A stretch of 57,474 bases of DNA from Candidatus Omnitrophota bacterium (GTDB taxonomy: Bacteria; Omnitrophota; Gorgyraeia; JABMRJ01), in NCBI GenBank assembly GCA_013202745.1, contig JABMRJ010000030.1, forward strand, positions 1 through 57,474. The letters are read 5' to 3'. This document shows, in pieces, positions 28,176 to 36,715 of the stretch. Numbering within the stretch: position 1 is the stretch's first letter; each line of letters starts with the position of its first letter. A model generated the notes under the pieces. The model saw nothing but the letters and a program-made list of their open reading frames with translations, did not search any database and was not told the DNA's origin. A program made the translations under genes and the position numbers.

Positions 28176-28773
28176 AGCTCTTCCTTTTGCTTATTATTTT
28201 GACCCTTTCGCTGTCCTTCTTCACAATGCACATGGGACCTATCTTAACCACAGAAAATGCGAAGATCTCCTTGAACCCGGCAGAGATAATGCCCCTCTTT
28301 GAATGGAGATTACCTTCAGCGCAACATATATAAACCCTCTTTATGCCTTTCTTGAAATGGATAGATCTTGCATTCCGCAGACCGTTTTTATAAAAGCCTT
28401 TTCCCCTGTGTTTTGGGGCGGTAAAGCAGTCCCATACATAACCATCGCCTTGCCTTAAAACAAGCTTGTTATCAAATACCCATGGTATCTCTATCTCTTC
28501 ATCCGGAATTGAGCTCCATAAATATGAAGCTATGGAATTTTTTTTATCGAAGAAACCGTAACAGCGGTGCCCCTTCTCGCTATGGGCTTGGAATCTCTGA
28601 AACCTCTTCTTATCCGCAAATATGGGATCTATCCCGAAACATTCATTTGGAATTTCCTTAAATACACAGCCGTCCATATCCATATCTTCAATTAGGCAAT
28701 CTGTATCTACGTCAGCCTGAAAAAAGCTGCCTTTATAAAACCTGAATAAGTAGTCGGTTAATCTCTTTATCAA
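28159..28773 (-). CDS. GNAT-like acyltransferase
   Basis: ..DCFTAPKHRGKGFYKNGLRNA.. resembles GNAT motif A. Size (204 aa) fits. Confidence 0.5.
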   Translation of the reverse strand: MIKRLTDYLFRFYKGSFFQADVDTDCLIEDMDMDGCVFKEIPNECFGIDPIFADKKRFQRFQAHSEKGHRCYGFFDKKNSIASYLWSSIPDEEIEIPWVFDNKLVLRQGDGYVWDCFTAPKHRGKGFYKNGLRNARSIHFKKGIKRVYICCAEGNLHSKRGIISAGFKEIFAFSVVKIGPMCIVKKDSERVKIISKRKSYDIIG

Positions 28774-29786
28774 ATGATCCTCTCACTCCTTTTTATCCAG
28801 TGTGCCACATTCTTTCCTAAAAGTGACGGTGAGATCGATAGGATTGCTCTTTTCAGCGAAGCACCCTGACTTTCTTTCTTTTCTTTGCCTATCCTGCCCG
28901 GATTAGGGGTAGAGTAATAATAGATATCGCTTGGCCTTCCGCCAAAATTTGTCTTAAACCGGTAGACCGTCCCCCCTTCTCTCGACTCTCCCATATCCAG
29001 CAGGCCTATTCCATTATCCAGGCAGAGCTTCATCGTCTCCCATATCAGAAAATCGTTCGGCGCAAACTTACGATGACTCTCTAAAGAAGACTGAAAAGGA
29101 TAGATAGCTATATCCTTTGAAAATAAAATAAGGATACCGGCTATAACTCTATTATCCTTCTTTGCTACAATAAGCTCTGTTTTATCCTTCATCTTCTCAG
29201 CTATATTTTTGAAAAATGTGTAAGAATGCGCCGGTAATCCCTTCCGGAGCATGCTCGATACATATACCTTGTAAAACTCCTTTAAATTGCAGAATCCCTT
29301 CTCTGCTGCCAGTTCGGATCTTACGGCCTTGCGGATCATATTTCTGGTTTTATCTCTCAAAGATCTCCACGTTGATTCAGCATCCTGCGCCAGATCTATT
29401 ATAACGGTCTTTTTTATCAACTCTCCCAGGTCCGTATCTACACGTCGGTTTCCGGATGTCACAAGGGCCGACTCGATCCCATTTCGCCGGCAAAAAGAGA
29501 TCATATGCAAAAAAAGTTCGTTTTGTATATCGCTACTATCGGCTACACAGCCGTATCTTAAGGAGTACAACTTCTTCCTTCCTCTTATGCTCTTCGTTAC
29601 ATAAGTGGGCAAGACTCCTTCTATATCACCGCCGCTTCCCGAGGCGATAAAGAAGAATGTCTTTATCTTATAAGTATCCTCCAGTATTTGGCGCCATGCA
29701 TAGAGGTTCATCGGAGGGTTATATGAAAACCTGCCGAGGTATGCATCCCAGCTATTCTTATCAGCTTTTGTTGCTAGTCTTATCAT
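28770..29786 (-). CDS. FemAB / BioF2-like (Acetyltransf_6) family acyl- or aminoacyl-transferase
   Basis: 338 aa. ..NSWDAYL..NLYAWRQILEDTY.. at the N-terminus and ..GGTVYRFKTNFGGRP.. near the C-terminus are typical of the FemAB/CelD-like GNAT superfamily. Confidence 0.6.
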   Translation of the reverse strand: MIRLATKADKNSWDAYLGRFSYNPPMNLYAWRQILEDTYKIKTFFFIASGSGGDIEGVLPTYVTKSIRGRKKLYSLRYGCVADSSDIQNELFLHMISFCRRNGIESALVTSGNRRVDTDLGELIKKTVIIDLAQDAESTWRSLRDKTRNMIRKAVRSELAAEKGFCNLKEFYKVYVSSMLRKGLPAHSYTFFKNIAEKMKDKTELIVAKKDNRVIAGILILFSKDIAIYPFQSSLESHRKFAPNDFLIWETMKLCLDNGIGLLDMGESREGGTVYRFKTNFGGRPSDIYYYSTPNPGRIGKEKKESQGASLKRAILSISPSLLGKNVAHWIKRSERII

Positions 29787-31314
29787 TATAGTATTTTTCT
29801 ATATCTACGCTATCCCGATTTTTTGATAAATTTATGCTTTTCATTAACGCTGAATAGAGGACTTCGGTCTCTTTCGCGCTTGCGGGTTCTCTCTTCTTAG
29901 AGTTGTAATCACTCCAGCTTAAATTTATGGACGAGGCCTTGAGCGCTGCCAGGTATCTCATACCATCCTTACGGCGTTTTTCTCTATCCTCTTTTGTATC
30001 CCCCTTGCATAATCTAACCAGAAGCGGCCTTAGCTCTTTCCACGATTCAACCGTATATACGTGAGGTAGAAATCTAAAATTATTATGCATGCCGAATGAT
30101 ATAACAGGCACGCCATAGACAGCCGATTCAACACCCAGGGTACTCGTAATAACTGCCACGGCCTTCGCATCTTTTGCAAGCTCGAAGATATATACATGAG
30201 GCGGCACCATCACAACATTGGGTATTTCAAGAAGCGTTGAATAAAAATCTCTGGGCCTTCTTCCTATGCTGGCAAGATGTTCTTTAACAACCAATAATGT
30301 GCCGGCCGGAAGATTTTTTGCCAGTAGTTCTATAAGTGCCATCTGCTCATTGAATTCAGGGCTGAGCATACTGAGTGCGGTTTCGGGTTCAACATGGAGT
30401 GGATAGAGCACATAAGACTTACCCTTAAGCTTTTCCGGGGATATCAAATTCAGCTTATGCGCATCTCTAATCTCTCTGTGCATCCTATAGATATATTTTA
30501 TATCCTCTGAAAGCCTGTAATTGCCCATCGAAATTATCTTTTTATGTCTTTTAAAAAGATGGTTCATTGATCGAGCTATAACTCTCTCTAAAAGGTTCCA
30601 TATCGAAGAATACTGCATATATTTTTTATAGTTCATAGCCGTTACAGGAAGACGTTTTATCTCATTCAATTCCTTATGTTCAATATCACTGAATGCATTC
30701 TTTGTTAGATCAAAATTCTCTTTTAATGCGGGAAAAGAATAAAATTCATCTATGGCCCAATAAAAGTATGATTGATGCTTGGCCGATGCTAAAGCCCTTA
30801 TGGGTATCCCTCTTTTTCTGGCTATGGCAGAAAAAGTCTTTCCCACTACTCCGGAAGTAACTCCGATAATTAAATCCGGGTTAGTCCTTTCTATCTGGTC
30901 TTCCCAGAACCTCATGCATTTGTTGAAAATATTTACTGATTTAATGTAGGTAGCTTTCTGGCTCAATTTCGATCTTGGATGGCCGGTTCCCGCTGATGAA
31001 AAACCGCGCCCTAAGTGCCTATCTGCTTGCAGGGCATCAGACACCAAAATACCGTATTTATCCTCATATTGTCTCGCCTGCCTGTATATATCCTCAGTCG
31101 GGCCAGTGCAATTGTCATATTCCTGGAAAAAATGGCTTGTTGCTATGAATGAATCTATTATCCCAGATTTATCATTGCGCTTCCAATACTCAATGTCCTG
31201 TATATTAACACATATAAAATGTACCTTAGTATTATAGTGCTCTTTAAATTTTTTTGACAGAGGGAGCCATAGCCAATTGCGAATCGAAACTCCCCACACT
31301 ATTATATTTTTCAT
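29761..31314 (-). CDS. Capsule_synth (KpsS/KpsC)-like protein; candidate CMP-ulosonic acid transferase
   Basis: ..SYVLYPLHVEPETALS.. and ..LLVVKEHLASIG.. resemble the PLQVxxDxQ and KxHP regions of KpsS/KpsC-type enzymes. I moved the start to M42 (MKNIIVWGVS, ATG 31314-31312), which forms an ATGA overlap with the upstream stop. Confidence 0.5.
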   Translation of the reverse strand: MKNIIVWGVSIRNWLWLPLSKKFKEHYNTKVHFICVNIQDIEYWKRNDKSGIIDSFIATSHFFQEYDNCTGPTEDIYRQARQYEDKYGILVSDALQADRHLGRGFSSAGTGHPRSKLSQKATYIKSVNIFNKCMRFWEDQIERTNPDLIIGVTSGVVGKTFSAIARKRGIPIRALASAKHQSYFYWAIDEFYSFPALKENFDLTKNAFSDIEHKELNEIKRLPVTAMNYKKYMQYSSIWNLLERVIARSMNHLFKRHKKIISMGNYRLSEDIKYIYRMHREIRDAHKLNLISPEKLKGKSYVLYPLHVEPETALSMLSPEFNEQMALIELLAKNLPAGTLLVVKEHLASIGRRPRDFYSTLLEIPNVVMVPPHVYIFELAKDAKAVAVITSTLGVESAVYGVPVISFGMHNNFRFLPHVYTVESWKELRPLLVRLCKGDTKEDREKRRKDGMRYLAALKASSINLSWSDYNSKKREPASAKETEVLYSALMKSINLSKNRDSVDIEKYYNDKTSNKS

Positions 31315-32102
31315 ACTTGGCCTTTCCGGAGCACCTGTTTTTGATCTGTAAAACGCGCATCCAGCCTGCTTGTTCGGGCATGCCTTAGGTTCTTTCGTGC
31401 ATCCTGTAGTGCTGCAATAATTAAAATCACAGCCCATATGAATATGGAAATTGCAAATATTATATATAAAACCTTATTCATCCCTGTAAAGGTTGCGGCT
31501 AAGAGCAAAGATATCTTAAAATCTGTCTGAAAATTGAATATCTTCTTCATGGGCAGCCTGGTAGACTTAAGAGGATTCAGCTCCTTGGTATTGCCTCCGG
31601 AGCCTCTTTCGATCTCGATCCACCGTTTAAAAAAGGAGATTCTATTTATTGCAAAAAATGCAAAGAGCAGCGATACCGATATAGATGTGCCGACAGCGAT
31701 ATAAAAGATATCGCCTTCCTTAATAAAGAGGCCAATCGCAATAGATAGCGGTAATAGCGTCTCAATGAGCGCATCCACCATGCCATCCAAAAATTTTCCA
31801 TAATATGAAGCGCTATTAGATACACGCGCAATGTTTCCGTCAGCAAAATCGAAAAACCAGTATAATATGTAAAATAATGTCCCCAAGTAAAATACCTTAT
31901 CACTCATGGCAAAGAAAAGGAGAGATATTAAACCCACAACAAGACCAAAGATGGTAGCGAGATTTGCGCTGACTCCTGCCCCCATCAGCAGATAAGCAAG
32001 ATAGAAAGAACCTGGCCTAAATATATTACGCAATATAAACGAATTATTATCTGCTTTTTTATTATAGGATTCTTTTATTTTTCGCATTGAATATCTTCTC
32101 AT
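31311..32102 (-). CDS. CDP-alcohol phosphatidyltransferase family membrane protein
   Basis: Exact family motif D-x2-D-G-x2-A-R-x8-G-x3-D-x3-D in ..DFADGNIARVSNSASYYGKFLDGMVDAL... Several TM helices. Confidence 0.85.
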   Translation of the reverse strand: MRRYSMRKIKESYNKKADNNSFILRNIFRPGSFYLAYLLMGAGVSANLATIFGLVVGLISLLFFAMSDKVFYLGTLFYILYWFFDFADGNIARVSNSASYYGKFLDGMVDALIETLLPLSIAIGLFIKEGDIFYIAVGTSISVSLLFAFFAINRISFFKRWIEIERGSGGNTKELNPLKSTRLPMKKIFNFQTDFKISLLLAATFTGMNKVLYIIFAISIFIWAVILIIAALQDARKNLRHARTSRLDARFTDQKQVLRKGQV

Positions 32103-32115
32103 CTTATTTTAACCT

Positions 32116-32835
32116 CTATAACTTCCTCTTTTTAGCCATAAATTCTGCAAATTCAAAATCCAGCTTTTCGTCTATATCAACAGATCTCTCTCTTGGCATC
32201 AAATAAGCCGCCGTCATTTTGGTTATAAGCGCATTTTCTTTAAATAGATTGTCTCTCCTTGTCGCGTATATTGCGCCGTTTGGCACCACCATTTTATTAA
32301 GATAGCGCCGAAGCGCCCTCTTCCCGTTCCATCTTCCGGGGATATAGGGTTCTGCCTTATTCCTGCCTTTGAGTGTAAACATCCATTCGGGATATTCCGT
32401 AATCTCTACAGCCGAAAAGACGGAGCCTAAATTTTTGTTTCTTAAAAGAAGCTTAATACATTCGTCTATGTCGCTTCCTTTACAAAATGGCGATGTAGGC
32501 TGCAGGGTGACGATAATATCAATCTTCTTGCCTTCCTTCTTTTCGATAAAGTAAGCTGCGTGTTGGGTAACCAGCGTGGAGGCGCAATCCCCTGAGATAT
32601 TCTCTGGCCGACTAAAAGGAACTTCCCCGCCGTATTTTAACGCAGCAGCCTTTATCTTTGGATGGTCTGTTGAGACTATCACCCTGCCCAATAGCCTGCT
32701 TTCAAGCGCTGCCTTTATCATATACGAAATAAGCGGCTTGCCGCACAGCCGTTTTATATTCTTAAGCGGCAGCCTTACGGAACCGCCTCTTGCGTGTATC
32801 ACCCCTCTGATATTAGCATACTTTGTATTCTTCAT
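32116..32835 (-). CDS. Acylneuraminate (NulO) cytidylyltransferase, NeuA/LegF-like
   Basis: ..VIHARGGSVRLPLKNIKRLCGKPLISYMIKAALES.. (CTP_transf_3 pattern). Confidence 0.8.
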   Translation of the reverse strand: MKNTKYANIRGVIHARGGSVRLPLKNIKRLCGKPLISYMIKAALESRLLGRVIVSTDHPKIKAAALKYGGEVPFSRPENISGDCASTLVTQHAAYFIEKKEGKKIDIIVTLQPTSPFCKGSDIDECIKLLLRNKNLGSVFSAVEITEYPEWMFTLKGRNKAEPYIPGRWNGKRALRRYLNKMVVPNGAIYATRRDNLFKENALITKMTAAYLMPRERSVDIDEKLDFEFAEFMAKKRKL

Positions 32836-33978
32836 TTATAATTTACCCTGAAAATTTTTTGTAGTCTCCTTATAGGCCTCCCACTGCCCTACATCCAGCC
32901 ACGATTTTTCACTTACGGGGTAGACACCGATCTTACATTTCTTTCTTTTAAGTTTTTTGATAAAGTCGGTAATGTGAAAAGTTCTGTCTCTTGGAATATA
33001 CCTTAATGTCTTCTTATCTACAAGATACATCCCTGTATTGACCAGGAAATCATATTCGGGTTTTTCCTCTATCTTTTTTAACTCCCCTCCGGAATTTATG
33101 TCTACGACTCCATAAGGGACTACAAAATGCTGCATTGAACATATTATTGTTAAGTCGTAACCATTCTTTTTATGAAAGCTATATATGTCATCATATCTGG
33201 CTTTTATAATAGTGTCGCAATTTGACAAAAAGAATGTATTCGAAATGGTCCGGGGTAAAAGTTTTAATCCCCCTACTGTTCCAAGCGCCCTATCTTTTTC
33301 GTAAATATATTTTACCTTGTATTCTGCTCCGCTATTATCAAAATACGACTTTATCATCTCGCCCTTGTAACCTATAATAAAATAGATGGCGTCTGTTATA
33401 TGCTCCCTGAAATTATCTATTATCAACTCGATGACAGGCTTATCACCGACAGGTATTAAGGCCTTCGGCAATATTTTAGTAAAAGGATCGAGCCGGCTGC
33501 CTTGGCCGCCGGCCATTACAACGAGGGGTATCTTAAGGGCCTGCGCCTTACTTGGCATGCCGGCTTCATCCTTTATCACATCGCTCCAGAAGAGAAGATT
33601 TACAATTCTTTTGTTTTCATCTACTATAGGTAAGGAATTTACACCTGCCTCCAGCATAATCTTCCTTATCCTTCTTTTGGATGTATACCTGTCAACATAG
33701 ACGGGGTTATCATTATAGATCTTATCAACCTTTGCGCCCAAATCACCGTCAGTAAGTATCCAGCGCCGTATGTCTCCGTCTGTAATAGTGCCTATGAGCT
33801 TACGTTTCTTATCGGTAAGAAAGAGTATCTTCCTGGATCCCTTATCCATATGCTTCATGGCATTCTTTATTGTATATTTGCCTGTTATAAAAAGATCTTC
33901 CAATTTTTTTGTCATATTTTCACCATTCCCTTTATTGCCAGTTTTATATTCTATGTAACCTGGTGCCTGAGACACCAC
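32836..33978 (-). CDS. CBS-domain nucleotidyltransferase (PtmE-like sugar-1-phosphate nucleotidylyltransferase)
   Basis: N-terminal tandem CBS-like region (..LIGTITDGDIRR.., ..NSLPIVDENKRIVNLL..), then ..VVMAGGQGSRLDPFTKILPKALIPVGDKPVIE.. Confidence 0.8.
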   Translation of the reverse strand: MVSQAPGYIEYKTGNKGNGENMTKKLEDLFITGKYTIKNAMKHMDKGSRKILFLTDKKRKLIGTITDGDIRRWILTDGDLGAKVDKIYNDNPVYVDRYTSKRRIRKIMLEAGVNSLPIVDENKRIVNLLFWSDVIKDEAGMPSKAQALKIPLVVMAGGQGSRLDPFTKILPKALIPVGDKPVIELIIDNFREHITDAIYFIIGYKGEMIKSYFDNSGAEYKVKYIYEKDRALGTVGGLKLLPRTISNTFFLSNCDTIIKARYDDIYSFHKKNGYDLTIICSMQHFVVPYGVVDINSGGELKKIEEKPEYDFLVNTGMYLVDKKTLRYIPRDRTFHITDFIKKLKRKKCKIGVYPVSEKSWLDVGQWEAYKETTKNFQGKL

Positions 33979-35168
33979 TTACCGTTCTCCTTCTTCCATA
34001 AATGCGGCGACCTGAATCTATCGCATAACTCAAGGAAATGCTCAGGATCCATTCCGATATATTCCATAACCTCTTTGAAATATTGTTTCGGGAATTCACC
34101 GTCGAAGCGCTTTACAAGCGCCACTCCCTCTTGGCGCGTCAGGTGCTTATTTCTTATCTCCTGAGACGCCTCATAGGTAGTCCTTCCGATCCCAAATTTT
34201 ATAAATGTTGTGTAAAAATGAAAACCGTCTATACGGTCATCGAGGCTGTTGTATTTGCTATATGTCCCCTCTGTGCGTACCGGATTGGCCTGGAACCCTG
34301 TGTGTTCGGCAGCATAATAGTATGCCTCCTGAGGCGTCCATTTGATGTAATATCCCAAATAATTGACTATAAGGTTAATCTTCTCAATTTCCTTATTGTC
34401 CATTGGCAAAAACGCGCTTAATTCATTGAGGGACAATTTATGCTTTTCGATAAGCTCGGGTATCGATACTCCTCCCATGTATACCTTTGATAAGTCCTTC
34501 ATGGCGTAATAGGACTTATCGCGCAAAGAAGTTGAGTTATCAGCTACAGGATTACCGTATTCTGCCTCATTTTCGCCGTAAAATATTAAAGGTATCCCAT
34601 ACTTTGCCGCTACCTTAGGAACAATATTCTTCTGCCCCAATATAAAGGTCTGGAAAGGATGTAAGAGGTTCTCTATGGAAAGGCGGGTAAGAAGCTTCAT
34701 GGCTTTGCCATTTGGCTTGAATGTAATATTATCGAACCCCCCTATTTCAATCCAATTGCGGAAATTCTTCCAGCCTATATCAGTATATATAACAGGAGGC
34801 CATGTCACTGTAAGCGGATGCATGCCATATTTATATTTCAATATATGGGCGGCATATGCGCTGTCCTTGCCTCCGCTTCCGGGAACGACACAATCGTAAT
34901 AGCCGTCATTCCTTCGGTGCTTATCCAGAAGCCTTAGTAGCTCCTCTTCTCTTTGTTTCCAATCTATGCCCTCTTTCACATCTGCATAACGGCATGCATC
35001 ACAGATACCTTCTTCGTCAATATGCATACTCCTGTGCTTATGGTCCTGTGAATGTTTGAATTCATGAGTAGATGTCGGACGCTGATTCGACATCACACAC
35101 CGCTTGCAGAATATAACCTTTTCAGGCAGTCCGTATCGCGCTTCCAGGATCTTCTCTGTATCTATCAC
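33951..35168 (-). CDS. N-acetyl sugar amidotransferase (WbuX/WbpG/PseA family)
   Basis: ..FCKRCVMSNQRPT.. zinc-ribbon-like start, and PP-loop ..VVPGSGGKDSAYAAHILK... It sits immediately downstream of HisH/HisF paralogs. Confidence 0.8.
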   Translation of the reverse strand: MIDTEKILEARYGLPEKVIFCKRCVMSNQRPTSTHEFKHSQDHKHRSMHIDEEGICDACRYADVKEGIDWKQREEELLRLLDKHRRNDGYYDCVVPGSGGKDSAYAAHILKYKYGMHPLTVTWPPVIYTDIGWKNFRNWIEIGGFDNITFKPNGKAMKLLTRLSIENLLHPFQTFILGQKNIVPKVAAKYGIPLIFYGENEAEYGNPVADNSTSLRDKSYYAMKDLSKVYMGGVSIPELIEKHKLSLNELSAFLPMDNKEIEKINLIVNYLGYYIKWTPQEAYYYAAEHTGFQANPVRTEGTYSKYNSLDDRIDGFHFYTTFIKFGIGRTTYEASQEIRNKHLTRQEGVALVKRFDGEFPKQYFKEVMEYIGMDPEHFLELCDRFRSPHLWKKENGKWCLRHQVT

Positions 35169-35850
35169 CTTTAGACCTCCTTGTACTTAATGCAAAATTC
35201 TTATAAATTTTCAAACCGCTTAAAGCGCTCCTTTCAGGGTGAAATTGGCACGCAAATATATTTTTATAACGTAGGCTTGAACAAAACCTGATATTTCCGT
35301 ATTGGGATTCTGACAGAACTATATCTTTCTCTTGGGGGTCTGCATAGAAAGAATGGACAAAATACATATATTCCCCTCCCTCCAGACCGTCAAGCAGCGT
35401 CTCGGACCACATATCGCTGTTCTCTTTATGCGCCGATTTATATATACGGTTCCATCCTATCTCCGGAACTTTTAGCCTTCCGCCCAGCTGATCAACCGGG
35501 TTGCCAAAATGCTTAACCTCTCCTTTTATGATATCCAGCCCCTCATGGCACCCGAACTCCATGCTCTTTGACATAAGCAGCTGCATACCGAGACATATAG
35601 CTAAAAAAGGCTTCTCCATGCCCGCTATTTCGCGCAAAACACTGCTTAAGCCGAGATCCCTCAATGCGTTCATTGCATCTGGGAATGCCCCGACACCCGG
35701 CAGGATCACGGCATCTGCTGAGCGGATCTTTTCTTCGGATGATGTCAGCACGCCCTTAAGCCCCACGCTCAGACAGGCATGTTTCACGCTGAATAGATTA
35801 CCCATGCCATAATCTATAATTGCAGCTATAGGGCTATCTTTATCATGCAT
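35122..35850 (-). CDS. Imidazole glycerol phosphate synthase HisH-like glutamine amidotransferase (WbuY-like)
   Basis: ..IIDYGMGNLFSV.., ..AICLGMQLL.. (nucleophile Cys), ..CQFHPERS.. Confidence 0.85.
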   Translation of the reverse strand: MHDKDSPIAAIIDYGMGNLFSVKHACLSVGLKGVLTSSEEKIRSADAVILPGVGAFPDAMNALRDLGLSSVLREIAGMEKPFLAICLGMQLLMSKSMEFGCHEGLDIIKGEVKHFGNPVDQLGGRLKVPEIGWNRIYKSAHKENSDMWSETLLDGLEGGEYMYFVHSFYADPQEKDIVLSESQYGNIRFCSSLRYKNIFACQFHPERSALSGLKIYKNFALSTRRSKGDRYREDPGSAIRTA

Positions 35851-36715
35851 AAAGCTTCTCCGCTTTGTAACCGCGGCACTCTATACCGCTTCTCATAAGG
35901 AATTCCTTTATATCCTGAAGCGACGTATGGTTTATCATTGAAAATGAACGTTTATTTCTCATATATTCTATATTGCCTTCACCGGAGAAATCACCCTTGT
36001 TTTCATGCTTCATAACAATGTCGTAATGGAGTATTGACGCAACGCTTACGGCGTCTGCCCTTCCTTGTGTAATTACGTCTTTAATATCTTCTTTATTGCC
36101 GGCGCCGCCGCATGCTATAACCGGGATGGAAACGGATTCTGCAATCTTTCTTGTAAGTTCTAAGTCAAGCCCCTTTCCCGTTCCTTCTCTATCAATAGAT
36201 GTAATAACTATCTCGCCTGCGCCCAATTCCGCTGCTCTTACCGCCCACTCCATGGCATCTACCCCGGTGCTCTCCCTGCCGTTATCGGTATAGGCCTCGT
36301 AACCGCCATCCGGCTTTCTTATCGCTTCAATAGAAATAACTATAGTGGATGAGCCAAAACGCTTTGATGCCCTGCGTATCAATTCGGGATCTTGCATAGC
36401 TGCGGTATTTATGGAGACCTTATCAGCCCCGGCCCTAAGAACGGCCTTTATATCATCTATATTTCTCAATCCACCCCCTACGGTAAGAGGAATGAAAATC
36501 TCTTTCGCGGTCCGCTCTACTATGCCCAGAAGGTTGTTCCTGCCGTATAGACTCGCAACAACATCCATATAGATGAGCTCGTCTGCCCCGTTTTCGTAAT
36601 AATGCCGCGCAAAATATTCGGGCTTGCCTAAAACGCGCAGGCCTTCCATGTGGATCCCTTTTACCAGATTCGGCCCCTTTATGTCGAGCCTCGGTATAAC
36701 TCTTATATACGCCAT
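35843..36715 (-). CDS. HisF-like cyclase subunit (WbuZ-like)
   Basis: ..RVIPRLDIKG.., ..ADELIYMDV.., ..IPLTVGGGLRNIDD.., ..PVIACGGAGN.. Confidence 0.85.
   Translation of the reverse strand: MAYIRVIPRLDIKGPNLVKGIHMEGLRVLGKPEYFARHYYENGADELIYMDVVASLYGRNNLLGIVERTAKEIFIPLTVGGGLRNIDDIKAVLRAGADKVSINTAAMQDPELIRRASKRFGSSTIVISIEAIRKPDGGYEAYTDNGRESTGVDAMEWAVRAAELGAGEIVITSIDREGTGKGLDLELTRKIAESVSIPVIACGGAGNKEDIKDVITQGRADAVSVASILHYDIVMKHENKGDFSGEGNIEYMRNKRSFSMINHTSLQDIKEFLMRSGIECRGYKAEKLYA

Noticed and set aside
31315-31437. A Cys-rich 41-aa N-terminal extension (MGCDFNYCSTTGCTKEPKACPNKQAGCAFY..) of the KpsS-like ORF. It could be read as a metal-binding or lipobox-like element.
   Set aside because: It lies wholly inside the C-terminal coding region of the upstream CDP-alcohol phosphatidyltransferase, in another frame. 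The internal Met (MKNIIVWGVS) at 31314 makes a classic ATGA overlap with that gene's stop, so the extension is most likely not translated.
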